Made by a program: the position numbers and the translations under genes. The notes beneath the pieces were generated by a model. That model was not told the DNA's origin and made no database searches. It was given only the letters and a program-made list of their open reading frames with translations. Below, piece by piece: positions 26,195 to 39,204 of a stretch of 64,000 nucleotides of DNA (position 1 is its first letter; each line of letters opens with the position of its first letter). The stretch is from Yuukianura sp. NJ FZ-2021 (taxonomy: Eukaryota), in NCBI GenBank assembly GCA_046563655.1, contig CM102289.1, positions 2,542,001 through 2,606,000 on the forward strand. Reading direction: 5' to 3'.

Positions 26195-26640
26195 ATTTGT
26201 TGGATAATACTCTTGGGCTAAACAAAAGCAGTATGATTAGCAATTGGTTTCTCGTATACGAGTTAAACGAAAGTATTAATTTACTACCAAATCGAACTTT
26301 TAATTGAACCGGAAGATCTTCAAGTTCCCAAACCCGAAATTATGAAACCTCCAGCGTCCTTAACAAACCTATGAGCGATGAATAAAGAAAACCATGATAG
26401 TTAGTAAATACGTAGAATGGAACAAATGCAACTGTGCTTACCAAAATCACTAATTCCTACAATATTCTGCGTATTTACCCTTTAGTGCTACCAAAATTGG
26501 AAACTCTACTGACACAAAATAAACAGATCGAACTAAAACTTACCCAAACGAAGAACCACTGACGAGACACAGAGGACTTGCCACTTTCCAGTGCCTCGGC
26601 AATTTTCCCTCCTCTGCTGTCCCGCTATCGTGTCGTTAGT

Positions 26641-26692
26641 CGTACTCGTACCGTAGTAGTACCGTAGTAGTACCGTCGTACCGTAGTAGTAG
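26641..26692. repeat. Short imperfect tandem repeat (ACCGTAGTAGT / CGTA units)
   Basis: cgtactcgtaccgtagtagtaccgtagtagtaccgtcgtaccgtagtagtag, upstream of the SNF2 gene. Confidence 0.8.
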
Positions 26693-27268
26693 TGTATATG
26701 TTTGTTTATCTAGAGTTAATCCTCTGAAACCACTGAAATTTTCTTGTACTATTGAAATCCGCACGAATGTTTTCTGCTCGTTGTTGACATTGCGAAATCA
26801 GAAATAATGGGGTTGATGATACAAAAACAAGATAACCTTAAATTTACAAGTTTAATTAAGTTCGAAGAATTTTGTCGTTTTGAATTTTAAGTTATCGCTA
26901 AAGCTGGACGGTTTGTAATATTCGAAATTCCTGTTCACGAACGTGCGATTTCCACTTCCTTCCGCGTTATCAGAGATTTAGCCATATACATCCGAAGCCA
27001 AAAATGATATGAGGGGGAAATTGAGGGTGAAAAATCGTAGTGCGAATTCCATGAGGGCATATTTCAATTGAATTTTTTCCGACATACGTTTTTTCTTATT
27101 TAATGTAATTATTTATTTAACACAAATACTTCCTCGTTAATGAATATTTTGAGATGCAGCCAAACCGAGTAGCATATAAACGATTTTCATTTTATAAACA
27201 AACATTTACAGATAGTTGACAGTTTTAGGCTTATAAAATTCGTTGTTAAGCTACGTTGATTCCGTTTA

Positions 27269-28609
27269 TTAGAGTTTGCGCAGAAGAGCTCGAGCACTCT
27301 TCCGCTCCGCCTTCCTGTTTTCAACGTCAGAGTCCTGAATTTCAAATTTCTTTGGTCGCGGTGACGTTTTCGTTTGTTTATACGCATGATCAGTGACCAT
27401 TTCAAAAGTTGCTTCTGGACTAGGTAGTGAGCCTCTCGAGCCAATCGTATCACAAAACTGTAACAAAAAATCAAATTAGTTAACCACTCAATTAAATTGA
27501 CCAAGTTAATTGAAAACCAAAAGCAGGAAGGTTACCGAAAAAATGCGTTGGCAGTTTTTGAAAACGGTTTCTTCCGCCATCGGATGCGATTTAGGCATGA
27601 CGCGCCCTGCGTCAAAAAAGAGCCCATTGATGTTTACGTTGTTCTCGTCCAAGTGCATTGGAATCAGGCCAATCGCGTATAAGCTTCGCATTTTCTGCTC
27701 ATTTTTCAAAAAAAAAATTGTATTTTGCAAAGCATTTCAAAAAATTGGCGAATAAAAATTTCAACTCACTTTGACAATGTTGTCGTATATGTTGGAATTA
27801 AAAGATACGTCAACTTTTGTAATAGCAACGCTAAGTGGTTCCCAATGCCATTCCTTCTCCATCACCAAAATGTTTTTGACACAGTGCAGTGGCCTGGGAC
27901 AACTCACTCCAGCGCTGTGTAGTCTCTTTAGGTGTTCAAATTCCCGCTTTGCCCAAAACTCTGGAAAGTCCACTGCGTCTGTGCATTCCGCTTTCACTTT
28001 CTCCAGTAAAACTGGATCAGCCTCATAAATTTTTCTTCTGGATTCCATTAGTTCTTTTCCAGGACAATTCCATACTTTGACAGCAACCGATTCATCATGA
28101 TACTGATATTCCGCAATGCCTGAAAATACTACTGCGTCGACGCCCACTGAAATTGGCGTCTCATTCAACTTTATGTTTCCGTACTTTTGTTGCAAAATTT
28201 TTTGCGTGGCGAGGCGTGTCAGCTCAACATCTTCCGTGACTTTCATTTTGTAGTTTTTGTCCTTCAATTTTGAGCGCACTCGAATGTCAGTCGTGACCTT
28301 GAATGAGAATTTCAATCGATAAATTTTAAAAATAACTTTCAAAATATAAAAAACTGTTCAGAAAAAAGAAATCAAAACCCAAAAAGATTCTGAAAGAAAG
28401 TCTAAAAAGGCATTAATTTGGTTAAATTTAAAAAAAAATTGTTGGAAATTTTTTTTAACCTTGTTTCTCCATTTGTTTATCGTAAAATTATTTTTGTCTT
28501 CTTGTTCAATGGCCTTTTGCATTTGTCGATTCGGACCTGCGTTGGCAGGATGTAGATCACTAGCCCCCGGAACGTTTTCAGTCGTTGTGCGCGAATATCG
28601 TAACGCCAT
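27269..28609 (-). CDS. RIO1/RIO3-family atypical kinase-like protein, probably catalytically degenerate; about 4 exons
   Basis: ISVGVDAVVF (RIO ISTGKEA.VY), VAVKV, WAKREFEHLKRLHSAGVSCPRP...NILVME, MRSLY..GLI, HP.A, C-terminal RKAERK; catalytic loop reads PMHLDENN. Confidence 0.75.
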
Positions 28610-29849
28610 ATTGCACGAGATTCGTTTAGTAACTGCCTTGCTAACTTACTTTTTAGCTAAAGTTAAGGAACAAAATGAACACAAAAATTGAGCTTTTACG
28701 TTGCTTTTGCTTTTAAATAGCAAATGAGACCAGATGAAGTTTTTGTGACAAAAAAGTTTAATGCACTAAAGCAAAGCTTTTACTTTTAGGCGTGACGCTG
28801 CACACAGGGAGTTCACAACAACCTTGTTCTTGCCAAAAGTGCAAAAACACAACTTGGAATTTCAATTGAGAGGAGCCTGGTTTTATGCCTCTGAAAACCC
28901 ACTCACTAGCATGCAACGTTTTCCAGTCGACAAGAGTCTAATCGTCACAGTTTCGTCGTTCTCTCCACTTCCACTTAAAATCGTCATAATCTTCATAAAA
29001 AACCACACGAATGGTAAACAATTAATGACTTTTTTCAGAGTTGGAAAAAAAATTTCATACATCTAGCACTTCCAATTTACTACATTTTAGTTCAGCTAAA
29101 ATGTAAAAGAAAAAGTAACATTTTCGCAAATTTTGTTGCATGGCATGCAATAAAAGTGGGGCAGGTCAAAGGTTCTGTGTTTAAAAACAAAAACGGTGCA
29201 GTTTTTTTTAGTGGACTTTGTATTTTGGAAATGGCAGCTTCAGTTCAGTTTGGCTAAACCATTCTTATGTGGCCAAAACTCGGTAAACAAGTTTATAGAA
29301 GTTCAGGCTTCTGCGGAAGCGGGATGTCTAAAACAACTATAATTGAAATAATTGAAATAATAATTGAAATAATTTCGAACAAACTGAAGTTTACAATTAA
29401 ACGCAACCACACGAGGTCGCATAGGTTTTGCCAAAGTTTGCCAACTTGTCTGTCTTGTTCAAAATTTGTATGAACAAAAACCTTTTGAACATAATGCAAC
29501 ACAGGTATGCTATGCCATCACACATTTCATCCAGTCTCACATTGAATGTTCCGATATCATGTTTCACTCACGAATTTTTCATAGCGATGCGTCTTAGTCG
29601 TTGAGTTCACTGCTGGGAGGCAATATTAAAACCAAAAACACTACTACTTTGTCTGATTAAGGAAGAAATTATATGACTATCTGCGATTAATTTTGCAATT
29701 TTATTATTGTTTTCCAGAAATTCTGGTTTTGGTATGGCTGTATGTTTTTGTACTGAAGCTTAGCACAATTTCTGACTAGTTGTGTATTACGCAGTAGCAT
29801 AAAGATTTAAAAGTCAAAACAACATTTATTTCATCATCATAAAATTATG

Positions 29850-32034
29850 AAAATAAATCTTCCTTGAAAATACCAGGGGCATTGGTTTTGTCTTGTTTAC
29901 CGACTTCAGACTGCTGCGGTGTTGCACTTTCTTTGTAAACTTTCTATTTTCCTTTTTAAAGAAGATTGATCCTGGAGGCTTATGGAAGGCCTAGCAACCA
30001 CCGACGGTTCATGGAACCAAGTAGACACACCTAGTTACAAAAAACATAACTCAAAGGAAAACCGGGATTTTTTAAAAATGACTTTTTTAAGCTTGCACGT
30101 ACGTTTCAAACAAGGGATTTTCTCCACAAGATTTACTTTGGGATGAAGAATGACTAACAAGAAAAATGCAATATCCGGCACAGAGAAAACCATTTCGATG
30201 AGCACGCCATACCAAGTGAGGTAGTTTCCCCGAAATTGAAGCGCCAACAAAATTACTCTCAAAACCCAAATGGGCCCGCTCATCAAAAACAGTTTCGAAA
30301 ACAATTTAAATCTGCAAGTAATCAAAAGTTTAGTGAAGTAAAAGGAGAGTTGTGAGGTCAATTCGATTTGGAAAACTAGGTCGTACCGCCAAAATTCAAT
30401 TTTTAATGTTCGAAATTTTGAAATTTGGCTTACGATTCCCTCTGGACGCGTGAATCTCTGAGAACAAGTTTAGTGGAACTTCTAATTTTCTGGATGGTGA
30501 CTGCCGTTCGGATGAAGAGGCAGAGGTTGACGAAGATGAGGAGCACGACTGGTCCAGAAGAATAGAGAATCAGAGAGTGATCGAACAGGATGCAATGTCG
30601 CTCCAGTGCCCTTAGAGTCCATAGTTCATAAAATTATGTCACGTTTTGTTAGGGTTTGGTTCACTTACTTCCTCGCACGTGACTTCCCGATGAACCAACA
30701 AGTCAATGTTATGGCTGTCGGTATTGTCCAGGCAAACGAGCAGTAGTAAGGAAGTCGTTTTCGTATCTCTGGCCTTTTGACATTTCCCAATTTTCTATCC
30801 AGAAATTTTTTTTTGCCAAAAATTCATTTTTTTTTGCGGGAAGCTTGCAGTAAACAATCCAAAAATGGGTTGCGGTGTCTTGTCTTACCGAAATGTCCAC
30901 CATAAATCAAAATTGACCATCGTCATCCAGCACAGTGTACTGGTGTACAGAAATTTTGTGGCAAAATCTGGAAGGCAGTAGAAGACTTTTATCCAGGATC
31001 ATGAAAAATACATATGAGATAGAAAATTCTAAGTTTCTAAGAAAGTAAGAAAATCGAACTTTCTCTTTTACCCAGAAAATTGCATCCGCCGCTGTTGTCA
31101 TCTTGAAGGAGGATGAAGATTCCAGCAATAAAGTTAAGGAGGGCAGACGTAACTAGGTAGCAAAATAAAACCCAGCCGTGAGAGTTCTTCTGGATTCGTG
31201 TCACATTCAGAACAGAAGTGACAAACAACAGGAAGGAAGTAACTATCCATAAAGTGCCCATTGCCCAGGCGTAAAATTTTGTCGAAATCTGAAAAATTTA
31301 AAAATAAAAAATTCTAAAATAAAAATTTGCTCCAAATTAAAATCTGGTTTACTCGCTCCAAAAATTCCGCCACAAAGTTAAATACTTTGCAAGTTATAAA
31401 TTAACATTTTGTATTAGAATGCATTAAGCAGAATTTGCATACTTCGTCCTCGCCTTCTGCACAGTAGAAGACAATTTCGGGCTGAGAATTCGAAGCAGGA
31501 TTTGAACAAAGAGAGGCAAAATTTGAAACTTTTTCGACACAATATGGTTGTTCCAATTCTTTCCAGTTTCCGCCACGCACAAATACTCCAGTGTCAAACT
31601 CATAGTGCACGGCGACTTTCTCCTGATTGATTTTCAGAGCGTAGCTGTGTTTTGGTTAACAAATACACAAAGCTTAATATTCAGAAAATCAACTTATGTG
31701 TACAGTGTAGTGCAAAAAAAACTAACAAACTGAAAGAGCGTTCCATTAAGAATGATTTTGATTGGTACGAAATTTTGTTGTTGTTTTTTTACCGAACAGC
31801 GTCGTTCCAGCAATTAACGTTAGTAAAATTGTTGACTTTCGTGCATCCCAGCAATTTCTTCACCGAGTTTTCATTTGTTTTCACTTGCTGTTGTAAGTCA
31901 TCCTCATCAGTGCCAGAACAGTCATTCTTTTGTAGGTCAAACGCTTCGTTGTGGTTGCAGCATTTTGGAATTCGGGGCTGGTAACATTTTGCCTTGTCAG
32001 CAACTACTATTTCCGCAGTTTCATTTCCAATGCT
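29850..32034 (-). CDS. Methuselah-like (class B) GPCR, multi-exon; ends approximate
   Basis: Ectodomain IPKCC and YCVE motifs; TM exons TLWIVTSFLLFVTSV..KNSHGW..FCY, CWMTMVNFDLWWTFR, YCSFAWTIP, FKLFSKLFLMSGPIW. Confidence 0.75.
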
Positions 32035-32559
32035 AGAAAGGGGAAGTCAACAATAAACTACAACTCCAAATTTTAGTATCTTTGCCCCAAACAAACTTTC
32101 ACCAGGATCGATGTTATTGTTTACGACAAGTGCTGTGATAATCTCCTCGGATTATCATGAAATCGTTTACTGTACAAAGGATGTTGATTTATACAAAGTC
32201 ATGTTGAACGTAAAAGCTGAGCTTTGATCAATAAACTGTCTCTTCTGAATATATTAAATTCCTCTAAATCTTCACAACGTTATTCCAAAAGTTTCGGATT
32301 ACTTTTGGATGGAAAATATTGCACAAAAGAAGTTTCTACCGAAATCTTTAATGGCAAATTTCTTCCCTAGTTTGCTACAAACTGTCTTGTTGTCAATAAA
32401 TTCTATTCTGAAAATTATGATAATACGGAGTTGAGCTTACATAAGTAGCTTTAACCACTTGGTAATGACAACAGCGTACTAAAAGTAATGTTTCACAGGT
32501 TTTTAAACAAGACTAACAATGGGATAACGTTTTTAAGTTTCATGTAACTTTTAGACATA

Positions 32560-33508
32560 CATACCAAAGCGCAAACATAAAACACAACAATAGAGGTCCT
32601 ATTGCATAGTATTTTGATGGCGGGTCAAAAGCGTCAACGAAAACGAAACGAGACGAGATACCAAGAAAAGCCAGAAAAGGCAGTTTGCCAAGGTTTTTTC
32701 TTTGGAAAATAGGAAGTTTTTGAGTATTAAGGGTTTTCCTAAAACCAAGAAACTTCCTACTTGACACTGTTCTCTTGGCCAAATAGTTGAAAACTTCAAG
32801 TTTATATTCCAGGGTTAAAAAAAAAAAAGATGTACCGTGTACGTCAACTTATGCCGCAACTAGTCTCGAGAATATCTGGATTCTGAATTCTAATGCCAAC
32901 TTTTACATTTCTAATACTGAATTTAAATATTGAACTCTTTTCTCAGGAAAACACTTAAAGACTTGTCATTTCTCTCTTTTCTGTTCAAAAAGTACTTGAA
33001 AAAATAAAATTTTGAAAACTCTTATAGAACAAATTCGGTAGTAACCTCAACCTTATTGCTCACCTCCTGATGCAATACTCATCCCTCGCATAAGAAGTTT
33101 GTTTAAACTTGAATTTTCCCACGTTTTCAATTGTTCTCTTTAAGTCCTCAAGTGGAACGTCTATTCGAATTGTGTCATTGCAGTTTGGCCATTTCGGTAG
33201 AAATCTAAAGAAAAAAAAAATTTAAAAACGCTTTCACTTTTTACTCCAACTTTTTTATTGTAATAAAGTTATACAATTTTAAAAACATTTTTAGTAACTC
33301 ATCATATCGCTTACTTGAAGTGTCCAAACAGATTTTCAGGAAAATAAATAATTTCCTGCGTTTCTCCCCAAACGTAGCATCCTTTTTCTTCCTCAAAAGC
33401 AAATTGCGTAAAACAACAGGAGTGAACGTACGGACTTTTAATTGAAAACACCTTTGTCGGTTGACTTAAAATGAACAAAATTAGAACAAGTAGAGTATCA
33501 ATCCTAAT
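32560..33508 (-). CDS. Second Methuselah-ectodomain-like sequence (separate short or degenerate gene, or 5' exons of the neighbour)
   Basis: Signal peptide MIRIDTLLVLILFILSQPTKVFS, VHSCC, next exon WPNC...YARDEYCI; downstream exons could not be joined in frame with confidence. Confidence 0.45.
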
Positions 33509-34742
33509 CATGTCCTTGCCCTGTTGTTCTCAATAGTTGTCAAACGTAGTGAAGGAATTGGTCTCCGGAGAGTGACTGTTCTGATTTTGGATATTTTAGA
33601 ACTACTTGTTGCTGTTGCTTGCTTTTCCAGAATCAGCAACCGGCTTTTTTTGTACTTTCTCCAGTAAAGTTCGAGTAGGCTATGACTTGAAAATGGAAGA
33701 GATGCAAAATGAAAGCTCATGCTCTGGCTCTCTTAAAATATTTAAATGACATACTTGTCAAAGACGACATCTGATGGAGGCGTGTTCGGAGTTATTACAT
33801 GGACTACAGACGTGGAAATGAGATCACTTTAATTTAAAACTTTCACCGGAACCTGAGAACTGGCGTTCAACAAACCGTAAAATAAAATTGCTTTCCATAA
33901 AACCACAGAATACTACTTCCTGCACTTTTCGTCTGGACCTCTACAGCGGACTTTCTCAGCCCAGAGGCGCAAAGGTAGTTTATTAAAAGAAAGAGTATTT
34001 TTAGAATGTTGTTTTTAATTATAAATTGACAAAATTTTCAAACTTCCCACGCATGCAACGCCTCAAAACAACGTATAATGGAGATTGCACTGTACAAACT
34101 ACATTGCGGTAAATAAAATATTGTTTTCTTATGGTTAAATAAAGTAATGAATTCAAACTAACCACGATTGACGTCACATTTCTTATGAAAGTTTCTAAAC
34201 CCAAAGTTTCGTTAAAAGTCGGTTGTATATGACTTATACTAGCAATTCGCAGTATTGTAACTTTGATAAACAAAGGCATTGAAATAAACTGTTCAAGCTA
34301 AAATGTGATAAAAACACTTTTAGCAAATACATGCTGGATTTAGAAAGCCAAATTAGCAAAAATTGCACCAACTAGGAAGTAAGTTGAGCTGGGCAGCTTG
34401 CGTTTTTCTCTAAACGATTTTAAGTTAAAAATAAGTATGTGAAAATCGTTGATATAAAGCATAGGACAGACAAAATTTTTGAACAATGACATTTAGCGCA
34501 ATGTTCGGTTGCAATTAACTTTTCAAATTTTTTCAACTCAAAATTTGTTGATCAATTTGCGTTTTGAGAGTTTGAGAGTAAGGTTGTACGTTTTGCTTAT
34601 GCGCAGAATGTTTTTTTTTACACACAAGTAATCAGCTAAAGTAGGGGTAAGTTTTTGCATGTTTTCATACTACAATGCAGGCCAAGCCTGTATAGATCAT
34701 CGTTTGTACTTTTATATTAGGGAAATGAACTAACACTAACTA

Positions 34743-35601
34743 ATATAATAGCCTGCCCACAGTATACACTGAATTTTAGAACTGTGTTTTATTTTAAGTC
34801 TCACCCCCTCAAATTGTTACATTATGCGAGATAAAAAATCGGTGAAATTTTCAAATTTTTTTCTCAAGGCTAAGGGGTCCCGCACGGGGGACAAGGATTT
34901 ACATAGGCATTATACACGTGTGGGGATCCATAAACGCATGCTAGCTTTGGGTCAAGTTCCACTGTTTTGATATGACTTCCTGTGCACTTCCCGGACATCA
35001 ACGGCAATGCAGAAGGTCAGGTGACGTGTCACAGTCCTATCTTTTATTTCCCTAAACAGGAAAGAGCGACTGGAACGATTTGGAATTCGGGTGTCCTGAT
35101 TTGAGCAAGTTCACCCCATCCTACCCAACATATGGGTACTTAAACATTATAAATCGACCATTTTTATGTAGAATTTAGTATGTAACGGTTTGACATGCAA
35201 TTTGACTTTCTGCGTTGCTTCTGTGTCCTAGAAAGTGCAAGCGGAAGAGGTTAAACTGACAACTCGGCACGACCTCCTGGGGAAGAGCACTGACAAGGGG
35301 ACAGGGCACTAATTCGAACAGGGTTACTTTTCAAAATTTGGAGTACACTTATGTGTAATTCCGGAGGTAGCGTCAATTTTTTGGGCGACGCATACCAATT
35401 AAATAGGCATAACGCGGTATAGGTACCTCGTTTGGAGTAGGGAACCCCACGTTAATTTATAGGGGGCCTGCGGGACCCCTTAGAGTCAACCGATCGGGTT
35501 GATATTTTGCAGTGATTATGTGTTCATATAATGCAATGCTTTTAGGGGGTGAGACTCCCTCAAATCGTATCCCATGGAATTGCGGGCGGGCTACTAATAT
35601 A
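34743..35601. mobile_element. Non-autonomous DNA element (MITE-like) with long imperfect terminal inverted repeats
   Basis: Nested inverted matches: TAGCCTGCCCACA (~34749) vs TGCGGGCGGGCTA (35581-35593); GTCTCACCCCCT (34798-34809) vs AGGGGGTGAGAC (35544-35555); CTAAGGGGTCCCGCA (34870-34884) vs TGCGGGACCCCTTAG (35469-35483). More GC-rich than flanks; no long ORF. Confidence 0.75.
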
Positions 35602-35863
35602 AGTTAGTATGGAACATAGTACTTTATGGGCGGACTATGCAAGGAATATCACCTAACATAAAAAAAAACTAAATCTCAGCTATACTTTCTTTTTCATTTG
35701 AAGAATTTCGACTTTGAAAACATCACTTGAAACACTTCTAAAAATTGGAAATACAAGTTAAGTAAAAACAACACTGATAACGAAAATTGACTTACCATAT
35801 TTCGAAACTTCTTTTACATTTAATCGATTTGTTTCCGAATCTCATTGTCAACATTATTTCGTC

Positions 35864-37417
35864 ATGGATACTGATCTCATCCTACGTCCAGCCCTTGGCG
35901 CGATTGTAAAATTAGGAGATTTATATAACTTGAGGTCAAACAGCTTTACAGGAGGGAGTATATTTCGGCGGCAGGTCTCAAATGAAGAAGTGGGCAGCGT
36001 CAAACAAATAACAACAAAAGAAATCGAATTTATCAACTCAGACAAGTTTTCAAAAAAGCTATTGGGCTTGAACGTACACATAAGGGATTATCTACTACTT
36101 AATATTCTCGGAGGAACGATTCCGCTGGAGGGAAGTGCTAAATATTATTTGGAACACGAAAAGTGTCGTGCTCGTAGCGTCAGTTGCACGTTACAGTATA
36201 AAATTACTACCGATTGTGAAAGGTTGGTGTATGAATACGCTAGTGATGAAGAGGTCATCGATGTACTCGAAAACACTGAATCAACACATTTCGTTTTTGA
36301 AATCCTGTGGGGATCTAATCTTTTTGTAACTGCCACTTACCAAAATGAAGACAATCAAAATAAAGCGGACGTTCTTAAAGAATTAGAAACTTGCTTCAGT
36401 TTCCTTGATTGTACCACTCAAACTAAACGTGGCCAGAGAAACTTATTAGAATCCCACGTTGTCGCAGATTCAAAATTTCATTTCGCGAGTGACATTCTGC
36501 TGGAGGAGTCATACCCTAATACCGCTACAGGAGCTCGAGACCTAATCGACTCTTATGCAGAGATACTAACAAAAACTAGCCAGGGACGCGGACAACAACT
36601 TCGTTTCACTCTTGTTCCTTTGAGCAAATTGAATGACATCTATCTGAAAAATTTCAAAACTCCTGCAAAATTCCAATTCGATCGAAGCTTCAATTACCGT
36701 GTTCTTAGTCTTTTCGATGACATTCAAGCCTCAACACAATTGCTGAATGATACATTAGCATTTCACGATTCCGGTGACACTGCCGAACCAGGTTTCAGCT
36801 TTAGTCACGCAGAACTGGAAGAGATTAAGAATTTGGAGTTAAAATTTCGAACTGACTTTCGTGAACTGCTTCTGAAATATCAGCGTGAAGAAGCGCATGT
36901 CGCTGACTTGGAAAAAGTCGTTGAAAAATATGAACAACATGACCTTGCACCTTCAAAAGTTAGGTACGTTTTGGAGGAAAATCAGCTCTACAAAAAAGCA
37001 AAATACCGAGCTGCAGTGTACAAAAAATTATGTGGCCATAATGTTATATTTCTTTCAAACCAAGAATCGTATTATGGCATATATGATTCCTTCAGAATTG
37101 ACCGCGACATGTATAATGACAGTGCCAACGCATACGTTCTTTACACGAATTTTCTATGGAAAGCGGATGAAGGGGATTGCTGGCGCAAAACGTTTGAGGC
37201 GTTTTTGCTTTTGATCAAGGAGAGTAAATCAGAAACAAATTCAAACATTGCAAGATTTTTTTATGTTGACACGCACCTGTGCGGAGAAATTGATTCTTCA
37301 GGAAGAACGGTCATCCACCAGTACAAAAACGGCAACTCTGTTTCTTCTGATGTCTATAGAAATAACCGCAAAATTTTCGGCGATAAATCCAAAGTTTTGT
37401 CAATTTTCCTGTTCTAA
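35864..37417 (+). CDS. Stonustoxin/neoverrucotoxin-like MACPF/CDC domain protein, intronless, 517 aa
   Basis: RPALG...LGDLYNLRSNSF, LEGSAKY and THFVFEILWGSN match the SNTX-family patterns ALGRP..LG.LYD, GSAKY, THVV..I.YGA; followed by a helical region and an alpha/beta C-terminal domain; no signal peptide or B30.2 domain seen. Confidence 0.75.
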   Translation: MDTDLILRPALGAIVKLGDLYNLRSNSFTGGSIFRRQVSNEEVGSVKQITTKEIEFINSDKFSKKLLGLNVHIRDYLLLNILGGTIPLEGSAKYYLEHEKCRARSVSCTLQYKITTDCERLVYEYASDEEVIDVLENTESTHFVFEILWGSNLFVTATYQNEDNQNKADVLKELETCFSFLDCTTQTKRGQRNLLESHVVADSKFHFASDILLEESYPNTATGARDLIDSYAEILTKTSQGRGQQLRFTLVPLSKLNDIYLKNFKTPAKFQFDRSFNYRVLSLFDDIQASTQLLNDTLAFHDSGDTAEPGFSFSHAELEEIKNLELKFRTDFRELLLKYQREEAHVADLEKVVEKYEQHDLAPSKVRYVLEENQLYKKAKYRAAVYKKLCGHNVIFLSNQESYYGIYDSFRIDRDMYNDSANAYVLYTNFLWKADEGDCWRKTFEAFLLLIKESKSETNSNIARFFYVDTHLCGEIDSSGRTVIHQYKNGNSVSSDVYRNNRKIFGDKSKVLSIFLF

Positions 37418-37515
37418 GTTACAATTTTTTATTCTGTGTACAGAGATATTTCACTCACATTAATTTCTATTGGTATTAGAAGGAGGACGCTTCTTCTAAC
37501 TGAATTAACTTACCA

Positions 37516-38196
37516 TCAACCAATGTATTGCCTTATCAGAATCTGTAACCACAATAACTTCCACAAACGCACGTTTTTGTGAGTCTGACCAAAAAGCGCT
37601 AAGTAGTCCTTGTTCTGAAAGAAAAAGGTTTGTAAAAAAAAATTACCACAAAGCGGTATTTCAATTTGCTAGATATTCACCTGGGGAAGTTTTGTATCCT
37701 CGTCAACTTTTAATGTGACATTTCGAAGAACAACTTTATCTGAACCTGTAGAGGCTTCGAAGAAGATTTTCAAGATGCAAACATCAGATACGTGTGCTCT
37801 CACATTTATCTCCTGTAACCCTGTAATAAGTTAAATTTATATTAATTTATATTAGGAAAACGGAAAAAACGAATTTTGAAAAACAGACACAAATTTTTCA
37901 GTGTCGTTATAGGAAACAGTTGCAGTGAATTTCATACGTAGTAATTTCCTGCACGCTAGTTTGTTCCATGTTTTGGAAACAAGGCGTGCTTTTAATAATT
38001 GGATTGAGCCGAGTGAGTTCAAAATTTTTTCAAATATCTGAAAACAAATTATGAAAATGTCTTATGTGAATTTGAACAAATATAACAGAGTATAATTTGT
38101 CTGAATAACAATTAACTTCATTTTTAGAAAGTTGTAATTTTGAATTACCTCAGTTGGAAATACTGGGGATGCATTCATTTTGAATGACGCTGTCAT
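37516..38196 (-). CDS. Short F-box protein (4 exons), possibly truncated
   Basis: Spliced N-terminus PVFPTE|IFEKILNSLGSIQLLKARLVSKTWNKLA is a typical F-box; further short GT-AG-bounded exons at ~37821-37681 and ~37615-37516. Missed by the ORF track. Confidence 0.65.
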
Positions 38197-39204
38197 ACTG
38201 AAACCAACTGCTCAAAAATATCGTTAAATTTTATTATCGCAATAAACAAGGAAGAAAAATTTATGATTAGATTATTTATCAAGGTAATTATACGCAGTTT
38301 GAGTTTTGTTCCAAAATCAGTCAAATAATAAACTGTGGGTCAACATTTTGACGAGAAATTGATAACTCAATTGTTCTCAGTTACCAAACGGGAAAAGTGA
38401 AACCTAAAAGACCTTTAACACAAGAAGTCTAGTAGACATGTGGAATTTCTGTTTTCAAATTTTCGCTTTTTGGTTTTTTCGTTTCTTACTTAAAAAGTTT
38501 GAAGTCGAAAGATAGTTAGTTGGCTGGGCGTTATGAATTGGTGTGTCAAAAAGAAAAAAAATTTTTTTTTTACATAGGTAGCTGCCTGTATCGCTCAGAT
38601 TTCTTTAAATGTTCTCAAAACATATTTATCCATGACAATTTTTTTGTTAGTATAGATTGTCCAATTGCATCGTTATTGCGGTTTTGCTGCTGAAAACGAA
38701 CCCAAATTTGTCGTTGTAAAAATACTTCGAAAAACCTTGACTACTTCGGAATTTTAGTGTTCAAACGGAAATCCAACATGGATAATCCATGGAGTCCTCT
38801 CGGTTTGGTTCTTTTCAAATTGTCAGAAACAACCTGTTCCATCCCATTCTCCATGTTGTAAGTCGCCTGAATGAAAAATTTAGTACATCTCAGGAAATTG
38901 TTTTCTTTCTAGCATTAGTGCTGCTGTTTTTTTTTTGTTGAATTCTATATTTTTTCAACCAATGAAAGCAGGCACGCAGTTCTATTTTGCTGAAAATGCT
39001 CACTCACCTTGAATAAGCATAATTGATTTCTCCCTGGGTCGAAAGTATCTGGGTTGTTCATAAAAAAAAAGTTTAACACATCCGTTTTGAGACTTGAACA
39101 AAAACAGTAGACAAAGAAGGAAACAGTGGCCTATCCAATAAGCATTTCTTCATACGAGCTTTTCAGAGAGACATAATTGTAAGCGAGAAATACTCGAATT
39201 CAAT

